64,000 bases of DNA from Macrostomum lignano (GCA_002269645.1 NIVC01001378.1:1-64000); one strand, 5' to 3'. Numbered from the stretch's first letter, positions 1 to 12,887 are shown. Made by a program: numbers and translations. Notes: a model not told the origin generated them from the sequence alone.

Positions 1-998
1 TAATTCCCCCCCCCGAGCTGTGGGCGCCTCTTCCATTCATTTCTCGCGCTTCTGCTTTCAATTTCGGTCAAAATATATATAATAACCCCTCGCCAGCAGA
101 TTAACAAATTAATGCTTGTTCTAACCTGTTTTTTTCGCTGCAATTAAAAATTAAGAATTCTTCTTTCAACTGCTGCACCTGCTGCTTGACCCAATTTTAA
201 CAAATTCTTTGAATTGACGCGTTCCACACTGTCAAATGCATCAATTTTCTCTCCCCAAGTGTTTTCGTCTCCCAAATGCAGCGGCTTACTATAAGTAGAG
301 AGAGACGCGCGTCTCAGCTTATTGTGACAGTAGAAAGAGTTAAGAATATTATAACAAAAACCAATTCGTTTTTTGTTGCATCTCTGTGTCAGAAAATTTG
401 ATTTGCCCTTTTTGCGTTCCGCTTTCGCCTATCTAGAGAGATCTGCGAAAAACTGTCGCAAAAAATACAACAGAAAAGCTTGCGAAGGAATTGAGAGTCT
501 GTTGCAGCCAGCAGGCTTGATTTCAATTCCTAAAAACGATTGTGTGCGTTTTCTGGCGATTCTAAAAAACAGCTGCAAGGCCATCTCCCTCTGTTCGTTA
601 ATTTGACAATAAATAAGACAATAGGAACAAACAATTTTACAAGCAATAAGCTGAGGTAATAGTATTTTAAGATTTTTAAGTCATTTCATTTACTGGCATG
701 AGAAAAGGTAGGAAAAACGGTGATAATAGAAAATCAACAATCATTTCTAACAGCTATTGACAAAAATGGCAATAAAAATCGTACAGTTATTTACTAAGTA
801 ATCTAAGTAGCATATATAAAGAAGTTCAAATTTTGAATTAATACGAGCGTAGTTAATTTTGATCGGATCGAATTGCACTTCAACACGCGTATTGATTGCT
901 CCGTCTTGATTGGTAAGGAATGGACACTTTTTAGGCTAGTTTAATTGAATTCAGCGAAAATGTGGACAAAAGAAAAATCAATCAACCAAAAGTGAAAA

Positions 999-2334
999 CT
1001 ATAAGTAACAAACGCTTCTGCTTTTGTTCTCACCCAATTTTGATCGAATCTCTTTGTGCACATTCAGCAGGAGTCCACATAGGAGGAGCCCCAGCCTTCG
1101 CCGCTCGCTGAGAAGTCGCTGGCTCGATCTTCAACCAGGAAGTTGAGAACCACGATTCGAATTTGTCACCGGGTCGGACGATGTACAGCTGTAGGGGGGC
1201 GGCATAGAGTGCTCTGTAGCTTTGCACCCAGCGAGATCAAGAATGACAGACACTAAAACAGACAGACAGACAAAACCCAGTCCTACCCTGAGATGCCGGC
1301 GGCGTCTCAACCGTATCTCGTCGACAAGTCGGCGAATCAGTCTCGAAGCTGGCGTGTCTAGCCGGGGCAGTTCCGTCTGTCGGAAAGCAAATTAATAAAT
1401 AAGCTTATCCACTGGTCCCTCACAGTACAGACAACATTTTAAAAAGCCTTACCTGATCGCAGCGTACGTTTGCCACGGAATTTACTCCGAAAACACTTAA
1501 AAGCCAGGTCGAACTGACCTTTGATCCCAGCCAGAGGAACATGACTATGCCGTTTTCTGAAAATACATCAACAATTTCAAGTGAAAACTCGCTACATTTC
1601 TATCAACAGTAACAGTAAAAAGTTTTAGATTCTCAAAATTAGATTCTTAAAATGAAGCTAATATCCGCTACTTGCTTATTAAAAGTAGAATAATAAGGCT
1701 TTTTTATAAAATAAAATAAGCTACTTTAAATACATATTTGCTACTTATCTACTAACAGTAGCAGTATGAAGAAATCCTCACCTAACAAGTAAACACCGTT
1801 TTGTTTTAATCGATCAACAGAGCAGCGGATTTGTTTCACATTTAACTCGCACAGATCGGCTGAGTCAGACTCTTTTCCATCTCCAACACCGTCTTGCGCC
1901 TCGTCGCTGTCTGATTCGTCATCAGCTTCTCTAGACGGCGGCAAATGGTGGACGGCATTAGTCTGGGATAGAAGTACACGTTCGAGGCCACGGCGTCCAT
2001 CATTGAGCACAGGTACATAAGTAGGACCGATCGTCTGTGGATATGTCAGCCCCTGAACGGAGAGAGCAAATTAAGGATAGATTTATGCGTATAGGCTGGC
2101 AGTCAGACGGTCGCACCGCCGACTAAAAGCAAGAAAACAGACAGTCAGAAAGACAGACAGAAAGACAGACAGACAGACAGACAGACAGATAGACAGACGG
2201 GCAGACAGACAGACAGACACTAAGACAGGCAGGCAGACCCTAAGACAGACGAGCAGACAGACAGGCAGACAAACAGACAGACAGACATACAGACAGACAG
2301 ACGAGCAGACAGACACTAAGACAGGCAGGCAGGC

Positions 2335-2366
<32 letters not shown>

Positions 2367-2374
2367 GGTCAAGC

Positions 2375-2434
<60 letters not shown>

Positions 2435-3102
2435 AGACAGGCAGACTCAGACAGACAGACAAACAGACAGACAGACAAACAGACAGACAGAGAGAAAGAC
2501 AGGCAGACAGACACTCGAAAAGCATAACAAGCTTTTATAATCAAATAAACATTAATAAACAAGTCCTGTTTAAAAGGATAAAAGTAAAAAAATCGCAACA
2601 CACTACTGAAAATGCAGGAAAGAAACAAGAAAACAACTGCCTGTTTAAATAATAAACAAAAACGGTAAAAAAACGAGCCAATTGAGCCAGAAGCAGTTCC
2701 CAGCTGAAAAAAAACAACACTAGCAAATTCATCCGGCATCCGATGATGAAAGTGAGCAGAGGCTGGAATACTGGTAGATCATATGCAGGGCCTTTTAAGA
2801 CCAGCAGCTGACAATTACCCAGCAAATTGGAGTAGCGACTAAGTGCTGGCTTCAACGATTGACAGCTGCCTAAATTGTGGCGTGTTCAGCATTCGCTTGC
2901 AGTGCACAATGTAATCAAGGGAGTGATTTCTAGACTGCAAGACTACGGGGCTGCGACATGACGCCAAGTCTTGCATAAATGCTGCTGTCTTGTGCCAGAC
3001 TGTGTGCACCCCCCACTCTGTCTGTCTGTCTGTCTGTCTGTCTGCCTGCCTGCCTGCCTGTCTGCCTGCCTGTCTGTCTGTCTGCCTGCCTGTCTGTCTG
3101 CC

Positions 3103-3175
<73 letters not shown>

Positions 3176-3186
3176 GCCTGCCTGCC

Positions 3187-3237
<51 letters not shown>

Positions 3238-3293
3238 TGTCTGTCTGTCTGTCTGCCTGCCTGCCTGCCTGTCTGTCTGTCTGTCTGTCTGAC

Positions 3294-3328
<35 letters not shown>

Positions 3329-3374
3329 GTCTGTCTGTCGTCTGTCTGTCTGTCTGCCTGCCTGTCTGTCTGCC

Positions 3375-3423
<49 letters not shown>

Positions 3424-3434
3424 GCCTGCCTGCC

Positions 3435-3477
<43 letters not shown>

Positions 3478-3626
3478 TGTCTGTCTGTCTGTCTGCCTGC
3501 CTGCCTGCCTGTCTGTCTGTCTGTCTGTCTGACTGTCTGTCTGTCTGTCTGTCTGTCTGTGTCTGTCTGTCGTCTGCCTGTCTGTCTGTCTGTCTGTCTA
3601 TCTGTCTGTCTGTCTGCCTGCCTGCC

Positions 3627-3661
<35 letters not shown>

Positions 3662-3689
3662 TGTCTGTCTGTCTGTCTGCCTGCCTGCC

Positions 3690-3724
<35 letters not shown>

Positions 3725-3922
3725 TGTCTGTCTGTCTGTCTGCCTGCCTGCCTGCCTGTCTGTCTGTCTGTCTGACTGTCTGCCTGTCTGTTGTCTGTCT
3801 GTCTGCCTGCCTGCCTGTCTGTCTGTCTGTCTATCTGTCTGTCTGTCTGCCTGCCTGTCTGTCTGCCTGTCTGTCTGTTGTCTGTCTGTCTGTCTGCCTG
3901 CCTGCCTGTCTGTCTGTCTGAC

Positions 3923-3969
<47 letters not shown>

Positions 3970-3987
3970 GTCTGTCTGTCGTCTGCC

Positions 3988-4040
<53 letters not shown>

Positions 4041-4077
4041 TTTTGTCTGTCTGTCTGTCTGCCTGTCTGTCTGTCTG

Positions 4078-4127
<50 letters not shown>

Positions 4128-4173
4128 GCCTGCCTGTCTGTCTGTCTGTCGTCTGCCTGCCTGTCTGTCTGTA

Positions 4174-4256
<83 letters not shown>

Positions 4257-4291
4257 GTCTGTCTATCTGTCTGCCTGCCTGCCTGCCTGCC

Positions 4292-4352
<61 letters not shown>

Positions 4353-5599
4353 GCCTGTCTGTCTGTCGTCTGCCCCCAATACTACGCAAAACGGAACCGA
4401 ACCTCACCTTGAAAGGCGTCGCTCTTCACAATGGCATTAACGTACACCGGCATGAGCTTGAGCGTCTCTGGCAGGATCAGCTGGCCCATGGAGCTGCCAG
4501 CTGAGACGCAGTGCCGCCTATAGGCAGTCAGGATGCCAACACACCGGCTGACCAGAGCGGACCTGGCTTCTAGCGGTCCCTTTTTCAGTAACAATTTCAG
4601 AGCAGCTTTGACTAACAGATTCAAGGTGGCGTCAACATCGGCCGATCGATACATATCGGCCAGCTGACCTGTGGTGGCCAAGGCCAGATTGTGCACCCGA
4701 ACCCGGCGATGCCCGGACAGTCCGGTGTACAGCAGGGCGCACTGGGCCAGCACAGGCTCTGCATCGTCGTCGGCAAGTTTAGAATCGTGACGCAGTTCAA
4801 CGGCCACAGCTCGATCGGACGAGAACGCGCCGGCTTCCAGTATGCCTTCGCCGACGATGTTGAAGCCGCCGTGAATGTCGGAGCAGCTGATCCCGGCGCT
4901 GGTTCGAATCCGCATCGAACAGTCGAATGCCAGACAGTTGGATACGGCCAGTTCTAGATCGCTGGCTAGTTGATTTCCGTGCGTGTCCGACTGCAGTAGG
5001 TAGTGAGTAGTATAAATAGCGTTTTTTGGAATTATTGTTGCAAATTAGCAAAAATTTGTTGCGAGGTAATTTGGTATTGATGCGACATTAAATCAACTGA
5101 CTTTTTATAACTGTCTGACTTGGCGCCCAAGTGGCTGTCTCAGTGTCTTTCTGTCTGTCTAAGTGCTTTTCTGTCAGCCTGTCTTAGTGCCTTAAGTGTC
5201 TCAGTGTCTTTCTGTCAGTCTTAGTGCTTTTCTGTCAGCCTGTCTTAGTGCCTTAAGTGTCTCAGTGTCTTTCTGTCTGTCTTAGTGCTTTTCTGTCAGC
5301 CTGTCTTAGTGCCTTAAGTGTCTCAGTGTCTTTCTGTCTGTCTTAGTGCTTTTCTGTCAGCCTGTCTTAGTGCCTTAAGTGTCTCAGTGTCTTTCTGTCT
5401 GTCTTAGTGCTTTTCTGTCAGCCTGTCTTAGTGCCTTAAGTGTCTCAGTGTCTTTCTGTCAGTCTTAGTGCTTTTCTGTCAGCCTGTCTTAGTGCCTTAA
5501 GTGTCTCAGTGTCTTTCTGTCTGTCTTAGTGTCTTTCTGTCTGTCTTAGTGCTTTTCTGTCAGCCTGTCTTAGTGCCTTAAGTGTCTTAGTGTCTTTCC

Positions 5600-5643
<44 letters not shown>

Positions 5644-5662
5644 TAGTGTCTTAGTGTCTTAG

Positions 5663-5709
<47 letters not shown>

Positions 5710-5750
5710 CTGTCTGACTGTCTGTCTGTCTTAGTGTCTTAGTGTCTTAG

Positions 5751-5849
<99 letters not shown>

Positions 5850-5894
5850 TTGTCTGTCTGTCTGTCTGTCTATTTGTCTGTATGTCTGTCTTAG

Positions 5895-5991
<97 letters not shown>

Positions 5992-8900
5992 GACTGTCTG
6001 TCTGTCTGTCTGTCTGTCTGTCTGCCTGCCTTAGTGTCCCAGTGCAGAGGCAAAGCAACGCAAAACACGGGCGAAAAACAGCCTCACCCGAAAGCTGGCA
6101 TATTTATACAGAGATCCGCCAGTTATGAAAGGCAGCTGGCCCAGCGTGGCCACATCGGCATAAGCCGCATCCGTGCAGACGAACAGGTCAACACCCAGAC
6201 CGGAGTCTGAGCACCGCTTAGCCAAAGCTTCGTAATAATCTCCCACAGGAGACAGCAGACTGGATTCCTTCTCAGTGCCAAGCAGCTTTCTATTGTCTCT
6301 TTGCAGCAATTTGCCTGGAGCAGATTCGCAGGTGGGCAGACCCGTGTGCAGCAGAACCAATTTGCCAACACTGCCGCAGGAAGTGAACGCGTCCAGTGTG
6401 GCTTCAACAACTGGTCCAAGTATGATGTCGGAGACTGCTGTGTCAGCGAACTGTTGCGGAATCGATTCCAATAATTGGTCGATCAACGTTGCCGATGAAG
6501 ACAAGTCGACTAGGAAACCGCCGGATATTGCTGCTCCTAGAGGAGCGAATGGTTCCTCTAAATCTGACACAATTAATGACTGCGGCTGGGACAGACTGGC
6601 TGACAGGTTGTAGAAGTGAACGCTGCGGTCGTAGGTCAGAAAGCCGACCCGAGGAGAAACTTGAGTTTGCCAGTCTGGTGCTGTCTCGCTTGGCAGGAAG
6701 GCTGGCAGCTGCGTTTGAAGGAAGGGGTTTAAAGGGAATTTAATCGGGACGAATGGAGAACGGGAAACTAGATAGGACCGGAAGTTGAGTATCTAACAAT
6801 AGTTGACTGGAAGTTGATTATCTAACAATAGTTGACCGGAAGTTGATTATCTAACAATAGTTGACCGGAAGTGGATTATCTAACAATAGTTGACCGGAAG
6901 TGGATTAGGCTAACAATAGAGAGCGGAAAGTGGATTAGCTACAATAGTTGACCGGAAGTGGATTAGCTAAAAATATAGAACCGGAAGTGGATTAGCTAAA
7001 AATAGAGAGCGGGAAGTGGATTAGCTAAAAATATAGAACCGGAAGTGGATTAGCTAAAAATATAGAACCGGAAGTGGATTAGGCTAACAATAGAGAGCGG
7101 GAAGTGGATTAGCTACAATAGTTGACCGGAAGTGGATTAGCTAACAATAGATACTGTAATTGAACAGGAAAGCAGAGAATAACAAATTCTGCCTTACTCG
7201 CCGACGCAGATGATCGCAGACCAGCGCAGTGAGGCCGGAGTGTACAGCTCTGTAGCTGACATCGATAGCGAACACGATGCCCGGCGGTGGCGACTCGTTG
7301 AAGGTGGCGCGGTCGCCCCGGCGATATTCTAGGCCCGGGGCGGGCAGCTCGTAGGAGCCCAGACGCAGTTCCGGTCGATAGGCGGCGTCAACCCGACAGC
7401 CGGTCTGGTCCAGATGGGCGAAGTACGACTGCAGATTGTAGGGGGGGGGCGCAATATGCATCGATTTTTTATTTTACATGGAGCTAACAGAATAAATAGA
7501 TACAGACATAAGAAAAGATTAGATAACACAATATATGCTTCTAATTAAAGCATTATCGTTAAAAACCGGACATAATAATTAGGGCGCGCATTTAAAAAAA
7601 ACGAAAATAATAAATAAGGGCGTGGATTCAAACAAACAAAAACAATAATCAAGGCGCGCATTTTAACAAAAAAGATAATAAACAAGGACACGCAATTAAA
7701 CAAACAAAACGATAATGATGGAGCGCGCATTAAGAAACGAAAATAAATAGGGACAAGCATTTAAACAAACTAAAATTATAAATAGGGCGCGCATTTTAAA
7801 CAAAACAAAATTTTGACTAGGGCGCGGATTCAAACAAAAGAAAATTATATAGGGGCGCGGATTCAAACAAAAGAAAATTATAGATAGGGCGCGCATTTAA
7901 ACAAAAGAAAATTATAAATAGGGCGCGCATTTAAACAAAAGAAAATTATAGATAGGGCGCGCATTTAAACAAAAAAAATTATAAATAGGGCGCGCATTTA
8001 AACAAAAAAAATTATAAATAGGGCACGCATTAAAACAAACGAAAACTATAAATAGGGCGCGGATTTTAACTAAAGAAAGTTATGAATAGAGCGCGCATTA
8101 AAACAAACGAAAATTATAAATAGGGCGCGGATTTTAACTAAAGAAAATTATAAATAGCGCGCATTTAAACAAAATAAAATTATAAATAGGGCGCGCATTT
8201 TAACTAAAGAAAATTATAAATAGGGCGCGCATTTTAACAAACCTGAGGCGTATCTGTCCGCGCCCCGCAGAAGCCGCACTGGAAGCGCCGGCCGCCATCA
8301 AGCCAGGCCATGTAGGGACTCATGTAGGCTCGACAGCGAATGCATCGAACAATCGAATCTTCGCCGCCGCCGCCGCCGCCGGAGCCGCCTAGCCCGCTAG
8401 TTGCTATGGAAACCGAACCGCCCGAGCCGGATTTTGTAGCAGGCATCATTGGCGCTACAATCAGGCCCATAGCCAGGCCGCCAGACGATTTCAACAGGTC
8501 GCTAGTCCGTGGCACCGAACTCAGAGTTGGCCGCATGAACGTAGGCAGACTCGAGCCGCAGTCGGTCATGATCAGCCGGTCAACCGAGGTCACCAGCGGA
8601 GGCGGCCGGCCAATATTGGCCGGGCCAGACTCGTAATGGCAGGTTCCGCTTGACGACAAACTCGCGGAGGCTTGGAATCGGCGAAGATCGTCTTCGAGCA
8701 CGTGGACTGCCGATGGCATCTGGTCGGGATGGAGACTGCGCTGCTGCTGCTGGGGAGATCTGCCATTGTTGGGAATATAGTCTTTTTCAGTTGGACATTT
8801 CTTTGCGCCAAACTCTATACTTTCTACTTATTAGTAGGTAACCTCTAACATTCCGAGTATTATTTAGGATCTTTTAAAGATTAAAATACACTATAGGAAG

Positions 8901-9765
8901 TGAAAAATGAATCAGCTAACCGAATATTAGCTGGTGGCGACATCTGATGAATGCCAGGTTGCTGCGCTGATGATTGAGTCAGCTGATTTGGCTGATAATT
9001 TGCCGTTGAAGGTGCCGGATAGCCCAGAGGCTGTTGCGGGTAGCCCTGGGTAGGAGGCGGCGGAGGATGTCTCTGGGGCGCTTGCGGGGGCGGAAAACCC
9101 TGGGACGGATGACTCTGTGGCGGTTGTGGGGCGGAAAACCCTGGGGCGGATGACTCTGCGGTGGTTGCTGGGGCGGAAAACCCTGGGGTGGATGACTCTG
9201 CGGTGGTTGCGGGGGCGGAAAACCCTGGGGTGGATGACTCTGCGGTGGTTGCGGGGGCGGAAAACCCTGGGGTGGATGACTCTGCGGTGGTTGCGGGGGC
9301 GGAAAACCCTGGGGTGGATGACTCTGCGGCGGTTGCGGGGTGGAAAACCCTGGGTGGATGACTCTGCGGCGGGTGTGAGGGCGGGTGGCTCTGGGGCGGT
9401 TGTGGGGGCGGAAAACCTTGGGGCGGATGACTCTGGGGCGGGTGTGGAGGCGGATGACTCTGGGGCGGATGTGGGGGCGGATGACTCTGATATGCCTGTG
9501 GCAGTTGCAGTTGACCAGGAGGCCCATTGTATTGACTAGGTGGCACTGGTGCCCGAGTCTGCTGTCCATTCTGAGCAGGGTGTCGCGCTGGGGGAGGAGC
9601 GCTGAAACAGATGTTTGATCAGTTTACATAATTAATTGGGTAATTAACTTGTCAATGAGTCAATTAGACTTAAAAAAGAACTTACACAGCTTGGCTAACC
9701 CCAGTTGAATTGTATTGAGCTGGTGCCCATTGCTTCTGTTGTATCTCTGGCTTCTGGCTTTTCAT
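999..9765 (-). CDS. SEC24C: Sec24C/D-family COPII cargo adaptor. Exons (minus): 9765-9686, 9601-8921, 8759-8243, 7428-7198, 6708-6088, 4990-4408, 2052-1782, 1556-1453, 1376-1287, 1188-999
   Basis: Motifs in the expected order: Pro/Gln-rich N-terminus, [15 protein letters not shown], Zn finger [14 protein letters not shown]...GRRFQCGFC, trunk domain VFAIDVSY...[15 protein letters not shown]...[52 protein letters not shown]...SSYVD...HKEIR. Junctions are GT-AG and phase-consistent. Single-base deletions occur in the 9601-8921, 2052-1782 and 1188-999 exons. The first exon and the C versus D assignment are less certain. Confidence 0.93.
2135..2515. repeat. (GACA)n microsatellite in a Sec24 intron
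   Basis: Direct 4-mer array with GGCA and other interruptions. Confidence 0.95.
3018..4372. repeat. (TCTG)n/(CCTG)n compound microsatellite, ~1.35 kb, in a Sec24 intron
   Basis: Direct 4-mer array. It generates the spurious SVCL/DRQT ORFs. Confidence 0.97.
5140..5590. repeat. 61-bp minisatellite, ~7 copies
   Basis: Unit CTTAGTGCTTTTCTGTCAGCCTGTCTTAGTGCCTTAAGTGTCTCAGTGTCTTTCTGTCTGT recurs every 61 nt. Confidence 0.92.
5598..6030. repeat. (TCTG)n microsatellite with TTAGTG interruptions
   Basis: Direct array that runs up to the intron boundary near 6088. Confidence 0.95.
6772..7146. repeat. ~30-bp minisatellite (ACCGGAAGTGGATTAGCTAACAATAGTTG-like), ~12 copies
   Basis: Imperfect tandem array in a Sec24 intron. 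Most units contain CCGGAAGT. Confidence 0.9.
7575..8236. repeat. ~35-39-bp AT-rich minisatellite with an AGGGCGCGCATTT core, ~17 copies
   Basis: Tandem units such as TAGGGCGCGCATTTAAACAAAAGAAAATTATAAA fill the intron between exons at 7428 and 8243. Confidence 0.9.
9075..9495 (-). repeat. Coding 42-bp repeat ([14 protein letters not shown])n in the Sec24 N-terminal region
   Basis: Plus-strand unit GGGGGCGGAAAACCCTGGGGTGGATGACTCTGCGGTGGTTGC, which translates to a 14-aa Pro/Gln repeat on the minus strand. Confidence 0.9.
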
Positions 9766-10409
9766 TAAAGGCAGTTGTCAAATAAAAGCTGAAATTCAAT
9801 GTGCGTCAAATGCAAGATACTCATTAAAGCGTCATGGACAAAAAAGACAGTTTAAACTGCAAAGACATTTCTTTTGTGACTTGTTAATGTAATGAAATTT
9901 TGCCATAGGAACTGTGATCTATTGGTGCCGTTTTTAAATTTATTTTCTTATACCTTTTCAATGGCTGAGCCAATTTATGTGATTTAATAAATGTTGTCCT
10001 TGCTTTCTCTTTTTGAAAAATAAGACATTAATGTTACTTGTTCTACAGAAACTTCACTATTTGGTCGTAATATTCTGTATCAGATTTACTGACAATAAGG
10101 TAAGACGTTTATCAACTACACTAAGCTTTATGAACATTTAAAACTTCGAATAAATATTATATGATACTTTCTCTTTGTTATATCTAGTCTTAGTTTGTAC
10201 AAGTACTAAACATTTTAGTTACATAGTAGGTGATATATAATGCTAGTATTAAACCGTCATTTTGTTATATTGATTACATATGATTTTTTATTTAGATTAA
10301 TTATTCTATTATTATATCGATGTCACATTTACACACATCCGAAAGCTCCCTCTTTCACCTGCTCTGCTTATAGCTAGTCAGAGGTGACTAATTGTGTAGA
10401 CTCAGAGTC

Positions 10410-11232
10410 ATGCTAACAAGCAAGCAGGCATTGGATGCGCTGTCATAAAATAGCTGGCACTCTCAGTCGAGAAGATCAGAATACCTTGGCTGGAAAGGTT
10501 ACTCGACTAAAGACCTGCATTCAATACCTCCATCGCTTACCCCAAGGATGAGGAATATGAAGCCTTTGACTACCGTAACTGTGCTTGAGAAGCTGCTCAG
10601 GGAAGAGTAGTTGGTTATCGCGAATTTTGGCTCTAGCTTTGAGCCAAGGCCTGCTGACGTTTGCAGTGTCTGTAACGTTTCTCATAGGAGCTGTGTGGTG
10701 CTGATGAGGCTTTCAAGGACAAAGCTGTAGAGGTTCACAAGAACTTCACAAACAACTTGCAGCTCATGATGCTGTGATTGCGCAGCTTTAGCGAAAGATC
10801 TCAAATCATCTCAAGCTCAGGGTGCTTAACCAGAAACTGTATCGTGTTAGATCACATTTGCAATTCCTTTCTGGTGACAATTCCAGTGCAGAAGGCAGGC
10901 TAAATCCGGCAAATAACAAGAACAAGAAGTAGTGCAAACGGTGGTTTGATTTGAAATGCAGGCTAGGGCAACTCCAGCTGCAGCTGCAGTCTGAGTAGTC
11001 AGTTGCCTCATTGCCAGGCAAGTTGGATGATGCCCATATCCAGACAATGGAGCCTCGCGCGTCTGGAGGCTTAGTTCACCACGAAGGTGCTTCAAGTCTG
11101 CATGCAGCTTATCCTTCAGTGCCACATCCTACCGATGCATGTGCCAACCAGCATTCGCATAGTATTCGGCACAATTGGATGCTTCAACATGCTGCAGCTT
11201 TGATTGCCGGTGTTGTGCCCGGGTGCACTTAA
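10410..11232. pseudogene. Decayed coding-like island of unknown origin
   Basis: GC-balanced block within AT-rich DNA. Stop-interrupted plus frame is coiled-coil-like (KELHKQLAAHDAVIAQL...). Minus frame SIVWIWASSNLPGNEATD weakly recalls the RNase H W-x-x-GH-x-G-x-x-GNE-x-AD motif. Confidence 0.25.
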
Positions 11233-12302
11233 TTGCACTGATGAGTAATCTCTAGCTCTTAGTCAAGTCTGCCCGGCGGACCTTTCTCTGCGCTCCCTAA
11301 GCTGCTAACTTATTTGTGCCCCACCCCATTTTCTCTGCCGCCCTAAGCTGCTTCCGCGCCAGCCCCAACCCTCCAATTATTCTGCTGTGATTGGTTGACC
11401 CGCCCCAAGCTGCCTGTACCCTTCTCTGCCCTCTGATTGTCTATTGGTTTTTTAACCTGGCTTGAGGGTCTTGAGACCCTAGGACAATCGTAGGGAAGGA
11501 CTGATCACGTCTCTTGAAGCGATCCCAAGGCAGCAACCCTTGACAAGGTATTTTTGATGCCAGCGGATCGTCTATTCACACTGCTCAGTATCAGGTATGT
11601 GAGCTGCTGTTTGATGCTCTAGTCCATATTTGTTAATCTAAGACAGCTATTCATTGAATCAAATTTGCCTGAATAGAACATATCTTTATCGTACACTTGA
11701 TTTCATTCTTGCCCAGCACTTAGACGTTGGAAATCATCAGCGAGTGGCGCTTGCCATTTGTAAAGTGGAAGGTGGCACTGCTGCCATCTACTCATCGGAG
11801 CTCAATGTGTCCATCATTGAGCTGGTGGACATCTTTGCAAGAATCAGAGTTGTCAGTTCTGCCGAAAAAAAAATATGCACCCGCCTGTATCAAACTAATT
11901 TCCGGTAGCTTCCCATAACGTTTAATGATGTTAATTTGATGTCAATAGTTCTTTTATCAGTCACAATAGTATAATGATGAAAGAGTAACAATAATAGTTT
12001 AATATACCGGTATTACTTATTAACAGTTCCCATTTATTTATTGTACAAAAAAAGAATGGCTAGGACTGTATTAATCTTAGCTGTAGCCCCCACCACTGCA
12101 TCCACACAATGTGCATATGGAATAAAAAATCTCTATTGCTTGAGTTCCCAACCCTAGGGACTTGAAAGTTCTCTAAACAAAAGCTTTAAAACTGACAACA
12201 TTCATTTAGCTCGTATTTCTACTGTTATATCCCCTTCTCACCTATTAAATCAAGGGCTCCAATGATTTTTAAAGCCTTTCAAGTCGTCAGCACACGACAC
12301 AG

Positions 12303-12887
12303 GTGAAAAAGGTTGGAGAAGTCATCGGTGAGACTGTCACAAATATTGATAGGATTTTCGAGATCCATTGGCTATTGCAAGTAACTGTTATATACTCGCT
12401 GGTTCAAAACCTAAAAACAGCTTCTTCAGCAGGTCCACAAAGGAGCAGCAGCTGTCGCGTCAGCCGTCATCGCCGCACCAGCCAGCGCCACCCGGACAGC
12501 CGTGTGCCTCAACCGCCTCAGCAACAACAGAGACGATACTATCGTGAGACAGCCCCGAATCTCATTGCCATGCACGGCGCTCCACTCGAGAGAGTGGTAC
12601 ACGGCATCCGGGTGTACTTGGAAACGATCGCCCACCTCCATCTGGACCGAGCTTTGCCGCAGCGCGCCTACCTCTGGTCGAGCCTGCAGCACCTGCGAAC
12701 ACGACTGTCGAGAGAGGAGGCCATCGTCATGCTGCAGTACGCAAACGCAATCCACCAGTTCAGAGACGACATTGACGCCAGCCGACAGCCAATTCAGCGC
12801 CAACTCGTCAATATTGAGGTGCGCTGGGTGTTTACCCAACTAGGTTGGCTTGAGTTTCGGGACCTTCCACATAACTGCAACTTCTGA
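12303..12887 (+). CDS. Unrecognised ORF or exon(s), possibly an orphan gene
   Basis: 194-codon open frame in a GC-rich island with coding-like third-position bias from 12570 to 12887. No family recognised. Confidence 0.35.
   Translation: MKKVGEVIGETVTNIDRIFEIHWLLQVTVIYSLVQNLKTASSAGPQRSSSCRVSRHRRTSQRHPDSRVPQPPQQQQRRYYRETAPNLIAMHGAPLERVVHGIRVYLETIAHLHLDRALPQRAYLWSSLQHLRTRLSREEAIVMLQYANAIHQFRDDIDASRQPIQRQLVNIEVRWVFTQLGWLEFRDLPHNCNF

Noticed and set aside
2083-6068. Long ORFs of [12 protein letters not shown] repeats (also 36705-37533)
   Set aside because: These are translations of (TCTG)n microsatellites, which lack stop codons in most frames.
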